From Hormiphora californensis (taxonomy: Eukaryota; Animalia; Ctenophora): 64,000 nt of DNA. Shown here piece by piece: positions 23,424 through 36,143 of this stretch. Under the pieces are notes generated by a model, which saw only the letters and a program-made list of their open reading frames with translations, made no database searches and was not told where the DNA came from. The number at the start of each line of letters is the position of its first letter. Position 1 is the stretch's first letter. A program made the translations under genes and the position numbers. Location: positions 5,580,001 to 5,644,000 of the forward strand of contig CM035359.1 in the NCBI GenBank assembly GCA_020137815.1, given 5' to 3'.

Positions 23424-24179
23424 TTACCGTGAGACGGAAAGAGTTTTGCAGTTAACTGTTAACAGTGTGCACGGCTCTAGTTGCTGCACGTTGCCCCTCG
23501 CAACTGAAGAGGTTACACAATTATTGTGACATAACAACGTGACATCCGGGGATTTTACCTTGGTTTTTTCTGGTGTTTTCCCACCTCCCCCTCTCCCCCC
23601 ATACAGCATTTCCCGGCGGGGGGGGGGAATGAAAAGAAAACCTACGGGCAGATACTTGCCTAGCTCGACCCCCTTTTTAACTAGTTTGAACAAAACAACG
23701 TCCCGATGTGACAGAAAGTGTTTTTGCTGGTGCTACCAAACCCCCTTAAAACCCCCCCTAGTGCGAGGGTGTAGACCTACGCCTCTCACATTTTGCTCAT
23801 CGTCCCTGAAGAGAAAGCTAGGATCGCCTATACGAAGTTGCTATTGGGGAGATCTTGATCTAACTATAATAGTACTTAGTCATACAATATAATTGTGGGG
23901 GCATACCGACCTACGTTTGGGATATCTGCCGTTGGATACTTCTATAATAACACTGATCGCACTAAACATTCTATACTTTGCAATTAGAAAAAAAATTTAG
24001 ATTGTTCTGGCGGATGGAATTCACTGGGGTTTTGGGGTAACAAAAGGGGTTGGGCAGGAGGGTATATACTTGTTTCAGNNNNNNNNNNNNNNNNNNNNNN
24101 NNNNNNNNNNNNNNNNNNNNNNNNNNNNNNNNNNNNNNNNNNNNNNNNNNNNNNNNNNNNNNNNNNNNNNNNNNNNNNG

Positions 24180-24218
<39 letters not shown>

Positions 24219-24975
24219 GAGAGAGAGATAGAGAGAGATAGAAACAGCGAGGAGGGAGGAGAGGAGAGGAGAGAGAGAGAGTAGAGAGAGAGAGAGAGAG
24301 AGAGAGACGAGAGAGAGGAGAGAGTGAGAGAGAGAGAGAGAGAAAGATATAGACGGAATAGAAGGAAAGATATTTTAAGGATATATCTAAACTATTCATA
24401 GGGCGAGGATATACTACGGAGACGGATAAGAGTTTGCAGTAACTGTTAACAGTGTGCACGGCTCTAGTTGCTGCACGGTGCCCCGAACTGAAGAGGTTAC
24501 ACAATTATTGTGACATAACAACGTGACATCGGCATTTACCTTGTTCTGTTGCACCTCCCCCCCCCCCCAATACAGCATTTACCCGGGCGGGGGGGGGGGG
24601 ATGAAAATGAGAAACATACGTCAGATACTTGCCTAGCTCGACCCCCTTTTTCACCAGTTTGAACAAAACAACGTCAGATGTGACAGAAAGTGTTTGTTGC
24701 TGGTGCTACCACCCCTTATACCCCCATAGTGCGAGGGTGGTAGACAGCTAGCGCCTCTCACAGTTTTGCTCATACAGTCCCTGAAGAGAAAGCTAGGATC
24801 GCCTATACGAAGTTGCTATTTAATTGGGGAGATCTTGATCTAACTATAATAGTAGCTTAGTCATACAATATAATTGTGGAGCATACCGACCTACGTGGCA
24901 TATCTGCCGTTGGATACTTCTATAATAACACTGATCGCACTAAGCTTCTATACTTTGCAATTAGGAATTAGATTG
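23424..24975. other. Assembly gap (100 N, 24079-24178) flanked by a near-duplicated segment of about 560 bp
   Basis: 23424-24005 and about 24412-24975 are the same sequence, differing mostly by small indels. Confidence 0.9.
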
Positions 24976-25670
24976 TTACGTGGTGCAAGCTGTTAGATAA
25001 CAGAGATGCAGGAGATATACTTGAGATACATATATTCTGAAGCAGAGATGGAGATATTCTACTGGAGCAGAGATATACTGGGCACTAACAGCTGAGTTGA
25101 GAAATGGCGATTGGCGAGCATATGTGATGATTGGCCGTATATATCTTGTCACATGCATGGGGGAAGCGCAAGCATGTTCCACGCCCGACCCATTTTGAAC
25201 AGTTGGGTAACAGGTGATCAGTATTTTGGATCCATGTAGTATCTTCCTAGTCCAATAAATTAATACCTTACAAGCCTTGCGTATAATGGGATGTGGACCA
25301 CCAGGAGAAAGGGAGGAAAGTAAAAGCATACACACACACATACACATGGGGGATGGAGAAATCCATACACAGGGCTGTGCAACCAGCGTTCAATGGAGGC
25401 CCGTGTGCAGAAAATATAGATCAGATAGATGGGGAGAGATACATATACAGAGAGAGAGAGAAGGAGACGAGACGATGAGAGAAGAGAGCAGAGAGACGAG
25501 GAGTGAGGAGAGAGAGAGAAGAGAGAGAGAAGAGAGAGAAGAGGAGAGAGAGAGAAGGACGGAGAGAGAGAGGAGAGAGTAGGAGAGAAGAGAAGGAGGA
25601 GAGAGATGAGAGGAGGAGAGAGAGAGGAGAGAGAGAGAGAGAAGAGAGAAGAAGCAGAGAGAGATAGAGC

Positions 25671-25704
<34 letters not shown>

Positions 25705-26498
25705 CGAGAGGAGATAGATAGGAGAGCGGACAGAGGAGAGAGATACTGGCACAATAAAGAATGACTGACTACTGCAGCTAAGATCAAAGAGGGGTCATTT
25801 TGTGTGAAACAAAAGACGGTTCAAATTATTCTAATTTAGCATGAGATTGTTGTGGGAGGCAGGAATTATACTTCTCATGTACTCTCAAGGAGATATCTAT
25901 CTCTCTCTCTCTCTCTCACTCCCTTTCTCTCTATCCCACTCTATCTCTCCCTCTCTCTCACTCTCACTATCTCTCTCCCTTCGCGAAGAGGAGGCGAAAT
26001 TAACATGAGCGTTGCATGCAACACAATCTGCACACATGCACACACATTCTGTGACATAAAGAATTCAAGTATTTCGAGCTGAGACGGAGATATAACTCAA
26101 ATCACTGCCACAAACAACAAGAATTAACATTTGGCAGTGAAATCTTCACCGGAAGCAAAATAAACTTGTTCGAACTTGCATCAAAACTCGCAATCAAATC
26201 AGGAATATTTTCAGTCATTTCAAACAATAGATTTCCCATACTATTTCCCATTCCTATTTGCTAAGTTTAGAAAACGAATTCCAGAATTAGTATCATATAG
26301 CAATTAAAATGACTGAAATTAGGTATTTGGAAATTTTATTCAGTATCACAAACCTAAGCCTGAAGGAACTCTGTCGAGTGTCGAACAACAAAATGGGGCT
26401 CAATCGATCCTACCTCAGAATGTCTCGAATACAGCAAGGGAATCTTGGTATTGCTCATACGAAAGGATGGAGTCTGAACAAGACAAGGGCAGCTCTGG

Positions 26499-26977
26499 GG
26501 CACGAAACAGCAGACATTTGGCACGAAACAGCAGACATTGGGCACGAAACAGCAGACATTGGGCACGAAACAGCAGACATTTGGAACGAAACAGCAGACA
26601 TTTGGCACGAAACAGCAGACATTGGGCACGAAACAGCAGACATTGGGCACGAAACAGCAGACATTTGGCACGAAACAGCAGACATTGGGCACGTAACAGC
26701 AGACATTGGACACGAAACAGCAGACATTGGGCACGAAACAGCAGACATTGGACACGAAACAGCAGACATTTGGCACGAAACAGCAGACATTGGGCACGAA
26801 ACAGCAGACATTTGGCACGAAACAGCAGACATTGGGCACGAAACAGCAGACATTGGGCACGAAACAGCAGACATTGGGCACGAAACAGCAGACATTGGGC
26901 ACGAAACAGCAGACATTTGGAACGAAACAGCAGACATTTGGCACGAAACAGCAGACATTGGGCACGTAACAGCAGAC
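26499..26977. repeat. 21-bp tandem minisatellite, about 23 copies
   Basis: Unit ggcacgaaacagcagacatt(t/g). Confidence 0.97.
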
Positions 26978-28938
26978 TGGATAAATAGTTTTGTTTGTTT
27001 GTAGAATTACACGGTTTTAATTTCCCTGATTAGTGTGTAACATGATACAGGTGCTGTGCAGTGATAACAACGGACTCTGATTGGTAATTTGAGATCGCAT
27101 GACAGCTCCTCATGCAGAGACAGGGCTGCAGGGTGATCAACTGTCACGTTATACCGTCCAAACTTCTGAGTGAACATGGTAATTGGACATGGTGATTCGT
27201 GGAACATTATTTATCAATTGGGTGGATTCTATACCTGCTAATTGGATGTCATCCAAATCGGTGTGTGAACTGAAAATCAAAACATCCGAGTATGCCAATA
27301 TTATCTCATGAATCATGATTGATTGAGTACGGCTTTACAACAAATGACAACTTGCACAACTAATTAACTGAGTATAAATTAGACCCCCACAAAGATCTCA
27401 TCTTGGCACCTCTTCTCACCACGTGTGTTACGGAAATTGCAAGTGTTTCAGTCATGCACTTAGCAGCCCCAGACAGATCGAGAGAAGAGTACAAATTGAT
27501 ATTTCGCACGTATTTCCTAGGACCTATGTTTGGCCTAACTAACTCGGATGAAGATGTATACGAACTAAGACCCCATAACAAATGTCAAATACAGTAGCAG
27601 CAGACCGAACTAAGAACTCAAAACAAACAAAACTACTGAACATAATAGGATCTAGAGTTCAACCCGGCCGGGTGTCTGAGGTTAGACCACCAAAGATTTG
27701 CCAAGCACCCATCCCCTCACTTGAGACAGAAAAGAGAGGGGAGAGAGATATAGCGATAGAGATAGAGAGTGAGGGGAGAGACATAACAGAGAGAGACAGA
27801 GAGAGAATTAGAGATCTCAAGCTCAGATCATGGAACCCTAGTGAACTGTGGTGAGCGATCTTTTAAACAAACACAATTACACGTCCTTCTGAGATCCAAG
27901 GTGTCAGATGCACGTGACAATACGTGTTTTGACAGTTGCTGTTGATTGCACAGCAGATAGAGGGAGAGAGAGATTGGGAGATGGAGAGAGAGCAAGGGAG
28001 AGATGAGAGAAGCGACTACTAAGAACTTTTTACCACATCAAGGTGGACACTCAACAAACGGAAAAACTACTGAATAAACTTGCAAGCAAGAACAAAACAT
28101 CGCCCTATTCAATATTTTTCTAGGCATGTTACCAGGATTCCAGCTGTCAAACTGAGCCAGAAACAACCTTGTGCAGCAAAGATCAAAATGCCATTTGAGC
28201 CAGGTATTACTAAAGTGATTTGCAGTGCGAGGTACAGTAAAACCAACCAACCAACCATCGAAATGCTTGTGGTACGATCCTCTTTTTAAAGCCAGGAAGA
28301 AATTTAATTGTTCATACTTTCTTGACAGTGTCAAGCGACTCAAGGAAGAAAAGGCACGGAATTGAACAGTTGGAATACCAGTATCAGTGACCACGTGGAA
28401 CACTGTTATAAGACCCTATCTCTGTCTACCAAGATGTCCGGGCCACTGTTTAACATCAATGTTTACATCAGCTACCATTATCTGAGAGTTCCTTAATTAT
28501 TGAGTGATGATTACAAATGATAATTAGAGGGGGAGACTGGGTCGTCTTATAGACACGCACACATGGATGTGATTGTGATCAACATAACAAAGAGGAAAGT
28601 GTAGAGACTGGGGGAGATGAGAGAGAGGGAGATGAGAGAGAGAGAGAGAGACCCGGGACAAGGCGAGAGAGAGAGGGAGAGACAGGCATATAATATGCAG
28701 TTAAAAGAAAAGGTAGACCCCTCTAACAATATATGTGACCCTTGTTTGTGCCCCCTCATCAACCCCTGTGTAACCGCTACCTACACTTGTTATTGAGTGT
28801 TGAGACCATCAGTGATGGACCATCACACCCAATTAGCCACGTGTCTAACAAGAGGGGCTACCCGCTACAGATACTACAGATGGGTTGCGTGTAATGAGAG
28901 GGGCTATAGACGGGTTGTGTGTAATGAGAGGGGCTATA

Positions 28939-29125
28939 CCTTATTACCGCTATATAACGGAACCTCCTATTAGCGTACCTTTAATTAACGTACCTTTAAT
29001 TAATTAACGAAAATCGGTTTGAGTGTACCATATGTTTGCTATTTTGGAAATTAACGATACCTAAAATTAACGAAATTATTACCGATTTCGTTAATTAGAG
29101 GTTCCGTTATATAGAGGTAATAAGG
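28939..29125. mobile_element. MITE with TA target duplication inserted in a short tandem repeat
   Basis: ta|ccttattaccgctatataacggaacctc ... gaggttccgttatatagaggtaataagg|ta; interrupts the unit gggcta-gatgggttgtgtgtaatgagag. Confidence 0.85.
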
Positions 29126-29405
29126 TAGATGGGTTGTGTGTAATGAGAGGGACGTTATAGATACTATATTGGTCGAGTGAGAGGGGCTTGTTATGGTCTA
29201 ACCCTCCTCACGAGTCACGGTGGAAGATACGAGGGTCGAGCAAAGCAAAGAGGGGCTAGATGGGTCGGATCGCGTGTAGTGTGTACCAGTTGAGGGGAGA
29301 TAAACGAGATTTTCTAAAAGGGGGTTAAAATGGTATTAGATAACAATATCAATATGAAAATACCGGTCTCCCATGGGGGAGAAGATTAATAAATTACTGC
29401 ATTGA

Positions 29406-30195
29406 TTAAAATTGATTAAATTTGGTAGAATTAAAAGTATTATATAATAAGTTAATGTCATTGAGTTCGCTCTTATACTGCCTCGTTTTGGTCAACTTAT
29501 TGCCTCTATGCCCTCTCAAGCTAATGACAGTTGTTCTGAGCAGGGTGAAGGACAACCGCTGCCTAATGTAACGGATGGTGTCAGAGTAAGCCTGGTGCGT
29601 TTTGTCAGCAAGCAGCTTGGCAAGGCGCCTGTAGAATTTTTCTGCCTCGTTGCCCAGGGCACCAGTTACTGAAAACACGAGTGGGCAAAAACAACTCTGT
29701 TCAACCTCAAGGACACGTTCGTTATAGCAGCGTTTTTTCTCGTCCTCGTGTCGTTTCAGAGCTGTATCAAGAGGAATGGCACAGTTTGTAGGAGCCAATG
29801 GGTTGAAGATGCGCACATCTGTGTAAATTTTGTCCATGGGAAGCCAAAAATCCCTGGCAGCAACATCAAGGCGAGCATCATTTGCAGTGTTTGCTGATTT
29901 CAACCGGAACGTTTCGCCAGTGATTGGGAGAAGATGGGGTTCTCTTGAAACATCACGGCATCCCGCCTCTTTCAGCAGGTTTGCAGTAAGGTCCCGGATC
30001 TCATTATGCCGCAGCTGCACGTAACCACCAAGATGACAAGAGAGGCTGTGTTCAGTGGTGTTAGGTTTTCCACACGGACAATTTGGTGGTCTACCCTCAA
30101 GTTCCAAGCAGTAGCGGAGGGACATGGAGTCCCAGAACTCCTGTTTGTTCAGATTGAACCTATGTTCCTGGAGTGGGAGAGGAGGGGAGATAAAC
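29406..30195 (-). mobile_element. 3' fragment of a second CRE-like non-LTR retrotransposon (Zn finger + RLE endonuclease)
   Basis: CPCGKPN..HSLSC..GGYVQLRHNEIRDLTANLL..ARLDVAARDFW..DVRIFNP..HEDEKKR; clearly homologous to, but diverged from, the element at 6790. Confidence 0.88.
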
Positions 30196-31613
30196 CGTAG
30201 ATAGGCTATGTAGTAATATAGATCTAACGATCAGGTGTGTATCAATATCATGGCTGGAAAACCAAAATCAAAACTGTCGAAGCTGTATTGACATGTCAAA
30301 TAGTTTTTTTTTGTTCAAACCCGGGGCGCGTGGAGGGAGGGTCGAATAAGGCAACAAATAGTAAGGGTGCTCAAGACGCACAGATCACATCAGATCTATG
30401 ACCTAACTAGGATCATCACACGCTGACAAGCATGAAACTATGACGTCATACAATCTGGTGACGTGTGTTTAGCAGTTGCAGCTTAGTAGTATGCCGGTAG
30501 GGTGTGTTGTCGAGACTGAGGCTCTGTGAACTGAGTATGGACATGATTCTTATTCGATGCAGCCTAAAAATGTTAAAAGTGAAGCATCAAAAAATTGTTG
30601 AATGCACATGGAAGCATCAAACGAAAACTGTTGAAAACCCCCGAAAAACAGTTCTAACCTCCAAGAACTTAGAACAAATACAGTGCATGAACCCGGGTTG
30701 TTGCAGCACACCAGGACTGAAAATAAGAGGAAGTGAAAACAACGCCTGTGGGTTGTTTACACGGCCTGTGATCAAATTATAGTGATACCCGACTGAGCTG
30801 TGATTGGTCAGTTTCTATCACGTGACATTAATTCCTGGATTCCTATTGGTTGGTTCCTATCATGGATCCTTGTTTAGTGTTTGAGATCAGGGCAGATAGA
30901 GATAGCCGGGATGTAATCTCTGATCATGAACACCATTTCAAACTCGTAGTGCTAATTTGGAACTTACTAACTACCCTTCTGATCTCTCCCAGTCTCTCGT
31001 TAGGATTCACTACCCGGCTCTATCGGCGAACACAAACCCTTTATCTCTACGATTGAGATTGGCCGTTAGGAGAACAGTTTCAGCAGACTTTAGTACGGGG
31101 GTGTGGGATCAAAATGCAAACATACTGAATACAATGCACGGAGTATCTGTACACGCATTGTACAAGCAGTGCAATCAGAGGGTCGATTTAAAGACAGAGA
31201 GTCTTGAACGAGAGAGAGAGAGAAGGAGAGAGAAAGAGAGAGAAGGGAGAGAGAGAAGGGAGGGAGAGTGAGAGAGGCGTGTGTTCTGTACACTCAATGA
31301 ATGCTTGACGATGAAAAATAAAGGTCAAAATATACACAAATGTCACATATTGTTAGCTTTGGAGGATGAGGACCAGGTTCTCACTGAACTAAACTTAATC
31401 TTTGGAATATGAGCTTATTTATTGTAGTTAATAAAAGAAAAGGAACACGGGTTCTGACCCATGGAAACTGCTTCTACTCGTATAAATCTAGACATGAGCT
31501 ATCTAGCAAGTTCTCTAAAACATGTGTTCTGCTGCAGTTGATCGACACGAGGAGAGTGGAGATTTATTTAGACTACTTCACACACGTGTTCAATGTGTGT
31601 TTTTTTGTTTATA

Positions 31614-32720
31614 CCGCGTGGCCCAAATTAAAGGGAGGGTACGTTGGCCTTCTTTTCACCCAGAAGTTTAATTTCAATCACTCTGATATTTTGACACAAT
31701 GTCTGCATGGTTACTCATTCGAGGAATCCGAAGTTTTAGCCCTCTGGATAAAAGTTCATTTTTTTCGACCGAATGAACATTGAATGAACACCAATATGGG
31801 ACCATATTTCGGTACCAAAGTTTCACAAATTTGTTTGGCTATCGATTTCCTTTCGAACGGGACCAGTTTGAAATCAATTGGATCACCACAAGAATCACAG
31901 TGATCCGTTTTCTAAGCCTAGGGTAAGTCATGTGATCCCCATCAAATTATGACGTGTTAGCAAGAGAGCTTACATTTTAACGGATGCTGTATCGGTACAC
32001 CATCCTCATTAGCAGACGTGATACGTGATACTCGTCCGTTACACCTGCTTATTGGCACTTAGTAATGACGCTATCGTCTCATTAGGTGTCAGATGACCAA
32101 ACCTAGGGTTAGATAACTAGACACTGTGTCTCTTGTGGTGGTCCAATCGAGCTCAAATTAGTCGCGTTTGAAAAGAAATCGATACCCGAAGGCGACTGTG
32201 AAATTCTAGTTCCAAAAAGCATTCCTGTTTTCAAGTTCATTCAGGATTCATTCCAGTCGGAAAAATGAATTTTAAGATAGAGAGCTTAAATTCCGGCTAA
32301 CATCAAAATTGATCAAGTGTAGTGGCCATACAGATTTTTAGCGCCTGAGTTTACCGATTTCTGGTCAAAACAGGTCAAAATCGATGTTTGGTAAAAAATA
32401 TCATCTTTAAATAACTTATTTCACCCACTAAACTTGATTCAATTTTAATAAAACTTCAGATTGCCATTTGTTGATACTTGTTCTATTGTATGGCGGTTTT
32501 TTAAATAATAAAATCGAATTTAATCAAGAGAAAACCTCAAAAAACCCGAAAAACGAAAAATTGAGTTCATTAATGAACTTTCAATTTTTATGATTTGAAA
32601 CTTCGGATTCCTCGAATGAGTACCCATGCAGACATTGTGTCAAAATATCAGAGTGATTGAAATTAAACTTCTGGGTGAAAAGAAGGCCAACGTACCCTCC
32701 CTTTAATTTGGGCCACGCGG
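31614..32720. mobile_element. 1.1-kb non-autonomous DNA transposon, TIRs of about 125 bp, TA target duplication
   Basis: ta|ccgcgtggcccaaattaaagggagggtacg... and ...cgtaccctccctttaatttgggccacgcgg|ta; near-perfect TIRs; no transposase ORF. Confidence 0.9.
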
Positions 32721-35103
32721 TAAAATACCTATTCACCAAGATTAGTTTGGGTTCTTCAATTTGATTGGTTCCCCAGAGTCACGTGATTAGAATGCTGTAA
32801 TCTGATTGGCTGATGCCTTGTTTAATAGTCCCACAGTAGGGTGGAGCAATCAGTTGGAGTGGGGCTTTGTGATTGATGATGGAGTGGGTTTGTACACAAC
32901 TGCAGAGTGATTAGGCAGTGCAGCTGCGAGAGAACTGCAATGGGGTGAGAACCATGTCGCGGAGAGAACTAGATTAGAAGACTCAAAGAGAATGCTCAGT
33001 GCCAACCCGGGTGTGAAAGGTTCGGTTTGCTACGATCTCTTTCGTGCACCCAAACTAAAAGAATAAAATTCAGGAAACCCACAAGTCGGTCCAACAGTTA
33101 TGTCCCCCGCCCCAACGCTACACCTCAATTTGCCCTAGAACTCACCCAGCTAGAACCCCAGGAGATGCATTATCAGATTATAAGAAACTACAACGTACTA
33201 TCATAGCGGGAGAAGGAGTTCATTTCACTTAGATCTGTCACAATCACTCATTTTAATATTCCAAGCTTCATTTCCCCATCTCTCACTCCATCTCTCTTTC
33301 AGTTTATCCCTCTCTCACTCTTTCTCTCACTCTATGTCTCTAATAGAGATATAGATATAGATAGCGCTTCTCTCTATCCCTCACTATTTCCCCATCTTTC
33401 CTGAGATCTCCATTTCCTGTCACCCTACTACACATCTAGATTATGAGCCAGAACGGTAATTGAAAAACGAAAATGAGCATCTGTCACTTGAAGAATTGAA
33501 TGCAGCCCCCTCGCACTTTGAGCTAACATACAGAATTAAACAGAATTAAACTGAATTAAACAGAATTAAACAATTAAAGATCATAACACTAATACTGTGT
33601 TGTTAGATCCTAATTCCTTAATTCCTAACATATTCAGACGGCCCTAATCCTTGACTTATATTCAAATCTTACCTCGGTAGTAGATCGAGATTTGACTGCA
33701 ATAAACAATGAAAATTAGACAATTTGTGTATCTCACATTCTGTGAGGGTTCGGTAGAGCAAGAGCCAACTGACAAGGGCAGGGTAGTGAGGTAAAGCAGA
33801 CTCAACCAAGAACTCTCGAGATCTTGTATGATATGGAGGAGCTCAGTATATTGCCGAGAGAGAGAGAGGAAATTAAATGTAATTCGTGCATGCTAGATAC
33901 CAATCAGACAGGCATCATGATAGTCTCATCTTATGACAGTGACTGAAATATTAATACAAGGGAAGAGGGTCTACCGAAACGTGCTGTCTATCACCGCTCT
34001 ATTGTCAAGCATAATTGACAAGCTTTAGGCATAATCTTTACAGTTTACAGTTATATGACATGGGCCATCAAAGCTCCACAATCCACTATGTGGTCATGTC
34101 CGATAGGATTGAAATCCTCAACCCCCGAATATGAATGTAAAACTAAATGATTTCGATATCACAAACACCGCCAGCAAGAAACTAAAAAGTAAAAGCTAAG
34201 AGCTCAGAGCTAAAATCCATTTCTAGGAAGAGAATACCATCTGTATCTGTTGAGGAAGAGGTGGAGGAGGCACCCCTTACTCAGCAAATAAATAAAAGCT
34301 GCATCTGGCAAAAGTGAGCCACTTTTGGATATTTTAGGTTTGAGATCGAGAGTGTCGAGCAAGTCACAGCTACATCATATCTGCACTGTATTCCGATCAA
34401 GCTAAGTTGGGTTGCCGTGGGCCAGATACTGATAAAAAACAGCTCGTACACGTAAGTTACAAATTACAATGTGACAGTGACACTGCCACTGCACTATGAG
34501 TATGACTAACAAAACTGAAACTAAAACTTGATGGAATCAACGAGAATGCATTCGAATGAGACTGCAACTGATCAGATACGGAGTCATGCCTGACACTGAC
34601 AGGAGAAGACGTGTTGTCGCGTGTAACATAAGAAATGAGGAACTGAAGGAGAGAGCCGAGAGCGCTCATTGTTGATATCTCTTATCAGTATCTCTCTGCG
34701 CGGCTCACACTGCACGTGCGCCCAGAAGCTCGAACTCCACTTTCAATATCAAATTCAATTTCTTGATTCTCGAAATGATTTTAGACATACAATTACATAT
34801 TCGTGTACTTGTTTACTGGTACTGGTTTTAATTTAACTGTCCTAGTTAGTATTATGTTGATTTTTTTAAACGAATTCTAAGCTTTTTTGTGGATGGCGCG
34901 AAAAAATAAAAAGTAATTTGCAAAGGTACGCGCGCGTCAGCCTTGTTTAGAAAACGCGCGGCGCAGCGAACAATCAAACTGAAAGTTTTTTGAGGTGGGT
35001 TTTCTTTCTTTGTTCGTTTTTTTTTCTTCAGATTTTCATTTTTCACAGTCGAAACGAACAGAAAACGCTCCATTTGAAATACTAAAACGCAAAAGAATTT
35101 ACC

Positions 35104-35928
35104 ATGAAGCTACCATTATACGGTATTGGCACATACAAGCTGATTGAGGACTCCGTTCTTCGAAAAGTGGTGTCGGCAGTGCTGCCTCTGGGAGTTCGAC
35201 TTTTTGACACCGCACAATGGTACGAAAATGAAGCTCTACTCAGCCAAATTCTCACAGAGGAGCTTCCAAAGCACAACTTAACACGAAGTGATGTGATGGT
35301 TGTGAGTAAGGTGCACCCTCGGAATCACGGATACGAAAACACGAGGAGTTCAGCATTGGAAAGTGTCTCACATTTTGGTTACATTGACATGATGTTAGTT
35401 CACTGGCCTGGCATGAATGGTTCAGATCCAGCTAGCATGCCAGAAATGCGGGCTGGAACCTGGAAAGCCCTAGAGGAGCTGAAAGGGGAGGGAAAAATAA
35501 GGGGAATTGGAGTATCAAACTACACAGTTGCACACCTAACTGAATTGATGGGTTATACAACCACAGGTCCTCCTGAGGTGCTTCAATCTGAATTTCATCC
35601 CCGATTCCACCAGCGAGAGGTCAGGAAGTTTTGTAAAACTCACGGGATCCAGTTCATGGGTTACACACCCCTCGGCAGGAACGATTTAGCTCCCCGGCCT
35701 GCAGTCCAGGCTGTCGCATCTCGAAACAACATCACTCCATCTCAAGTTCTGTTAAAATGGGCTATCCAGAAAGGTGTGGTGACCATTCCACGATCATCCG
35801 ACCCGGGGAGGTGTGTGGAGAATGCCCAGAGTTGGGTCGATGGGGTGGTGCTAGGGGAGAGAGATATGATGGAGATAGATTCGATGGAGGATGGACATAG
35901 GTATTGTTGGAACCCTGATCTGCTGTGA
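35104..35928 (+). CDS. Aldo-keto reductase family protein (intronless)
   Basis: YGIGTY, RLFDTAQWYENE, VSKV, YIDMMLVHWP, GKIRGIGVSNY, QSEFHP, GYTPLG, QVLLKWAIQKG..IPRS motifs. Confidence 0.95.
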   Translation: MKLPLYGIGTYKLIEDSVLRKVVSAVLPLGVRLFDTAQWYENEALLSQILTEELPKHNLTRSDVMVVSKVHPRNHGYENTRSSALESVSHFGYIDMMLVHWPGMNGSDPASMPEMRAGTWKALEELKGEGKIRGIGVSNYTVAHLTELMGYTTTGPPEVLQSEFHPRFHQREVRKFCKTHGIQFMGYTPLGRNDLAPRPAVQAVASRNNITPSQVLLKWAIQKGVVTIPRSSDPGRCVENAQSWVDGVVLGERDMMEIDSMEDGHRYCWNPDLL

Positions 35929-36143
35929 GATCATTGGTTTGAGTGACCTAGCAGTGACTGACTGGGTTGAATTATTTGGTGACTGGGAGAGTTCTTGTTT
36001 TTATATGTAAAAGTGTTTTGTGATTGACCCTCTTTTTAAATCTTTTAATCTTTGTTTAGAAAACAACTTTTTAACATTCAATGTTAATATGGTCTCATTG
36101 ATACCCTTCTTACCTGTTTTAGTGTGATAAGAAATGAAGCTCT

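Noticed and set aside
23424-24975. Apparent tandem segmental duplication
   Set aside because: The copies flank an N gap and differ by homopolymer-type indels; most likely unmerged low-quality contig ends.
26309-27004. Long ORFs in five frames (HETADIG, PNVCCFV and similar repeats); superficially CRISPR-like
   Set aside because: Contiguous 21-bp minisatellite with no spacers; the frames are open only because the unit is a multiple of 3 and lacks stops.
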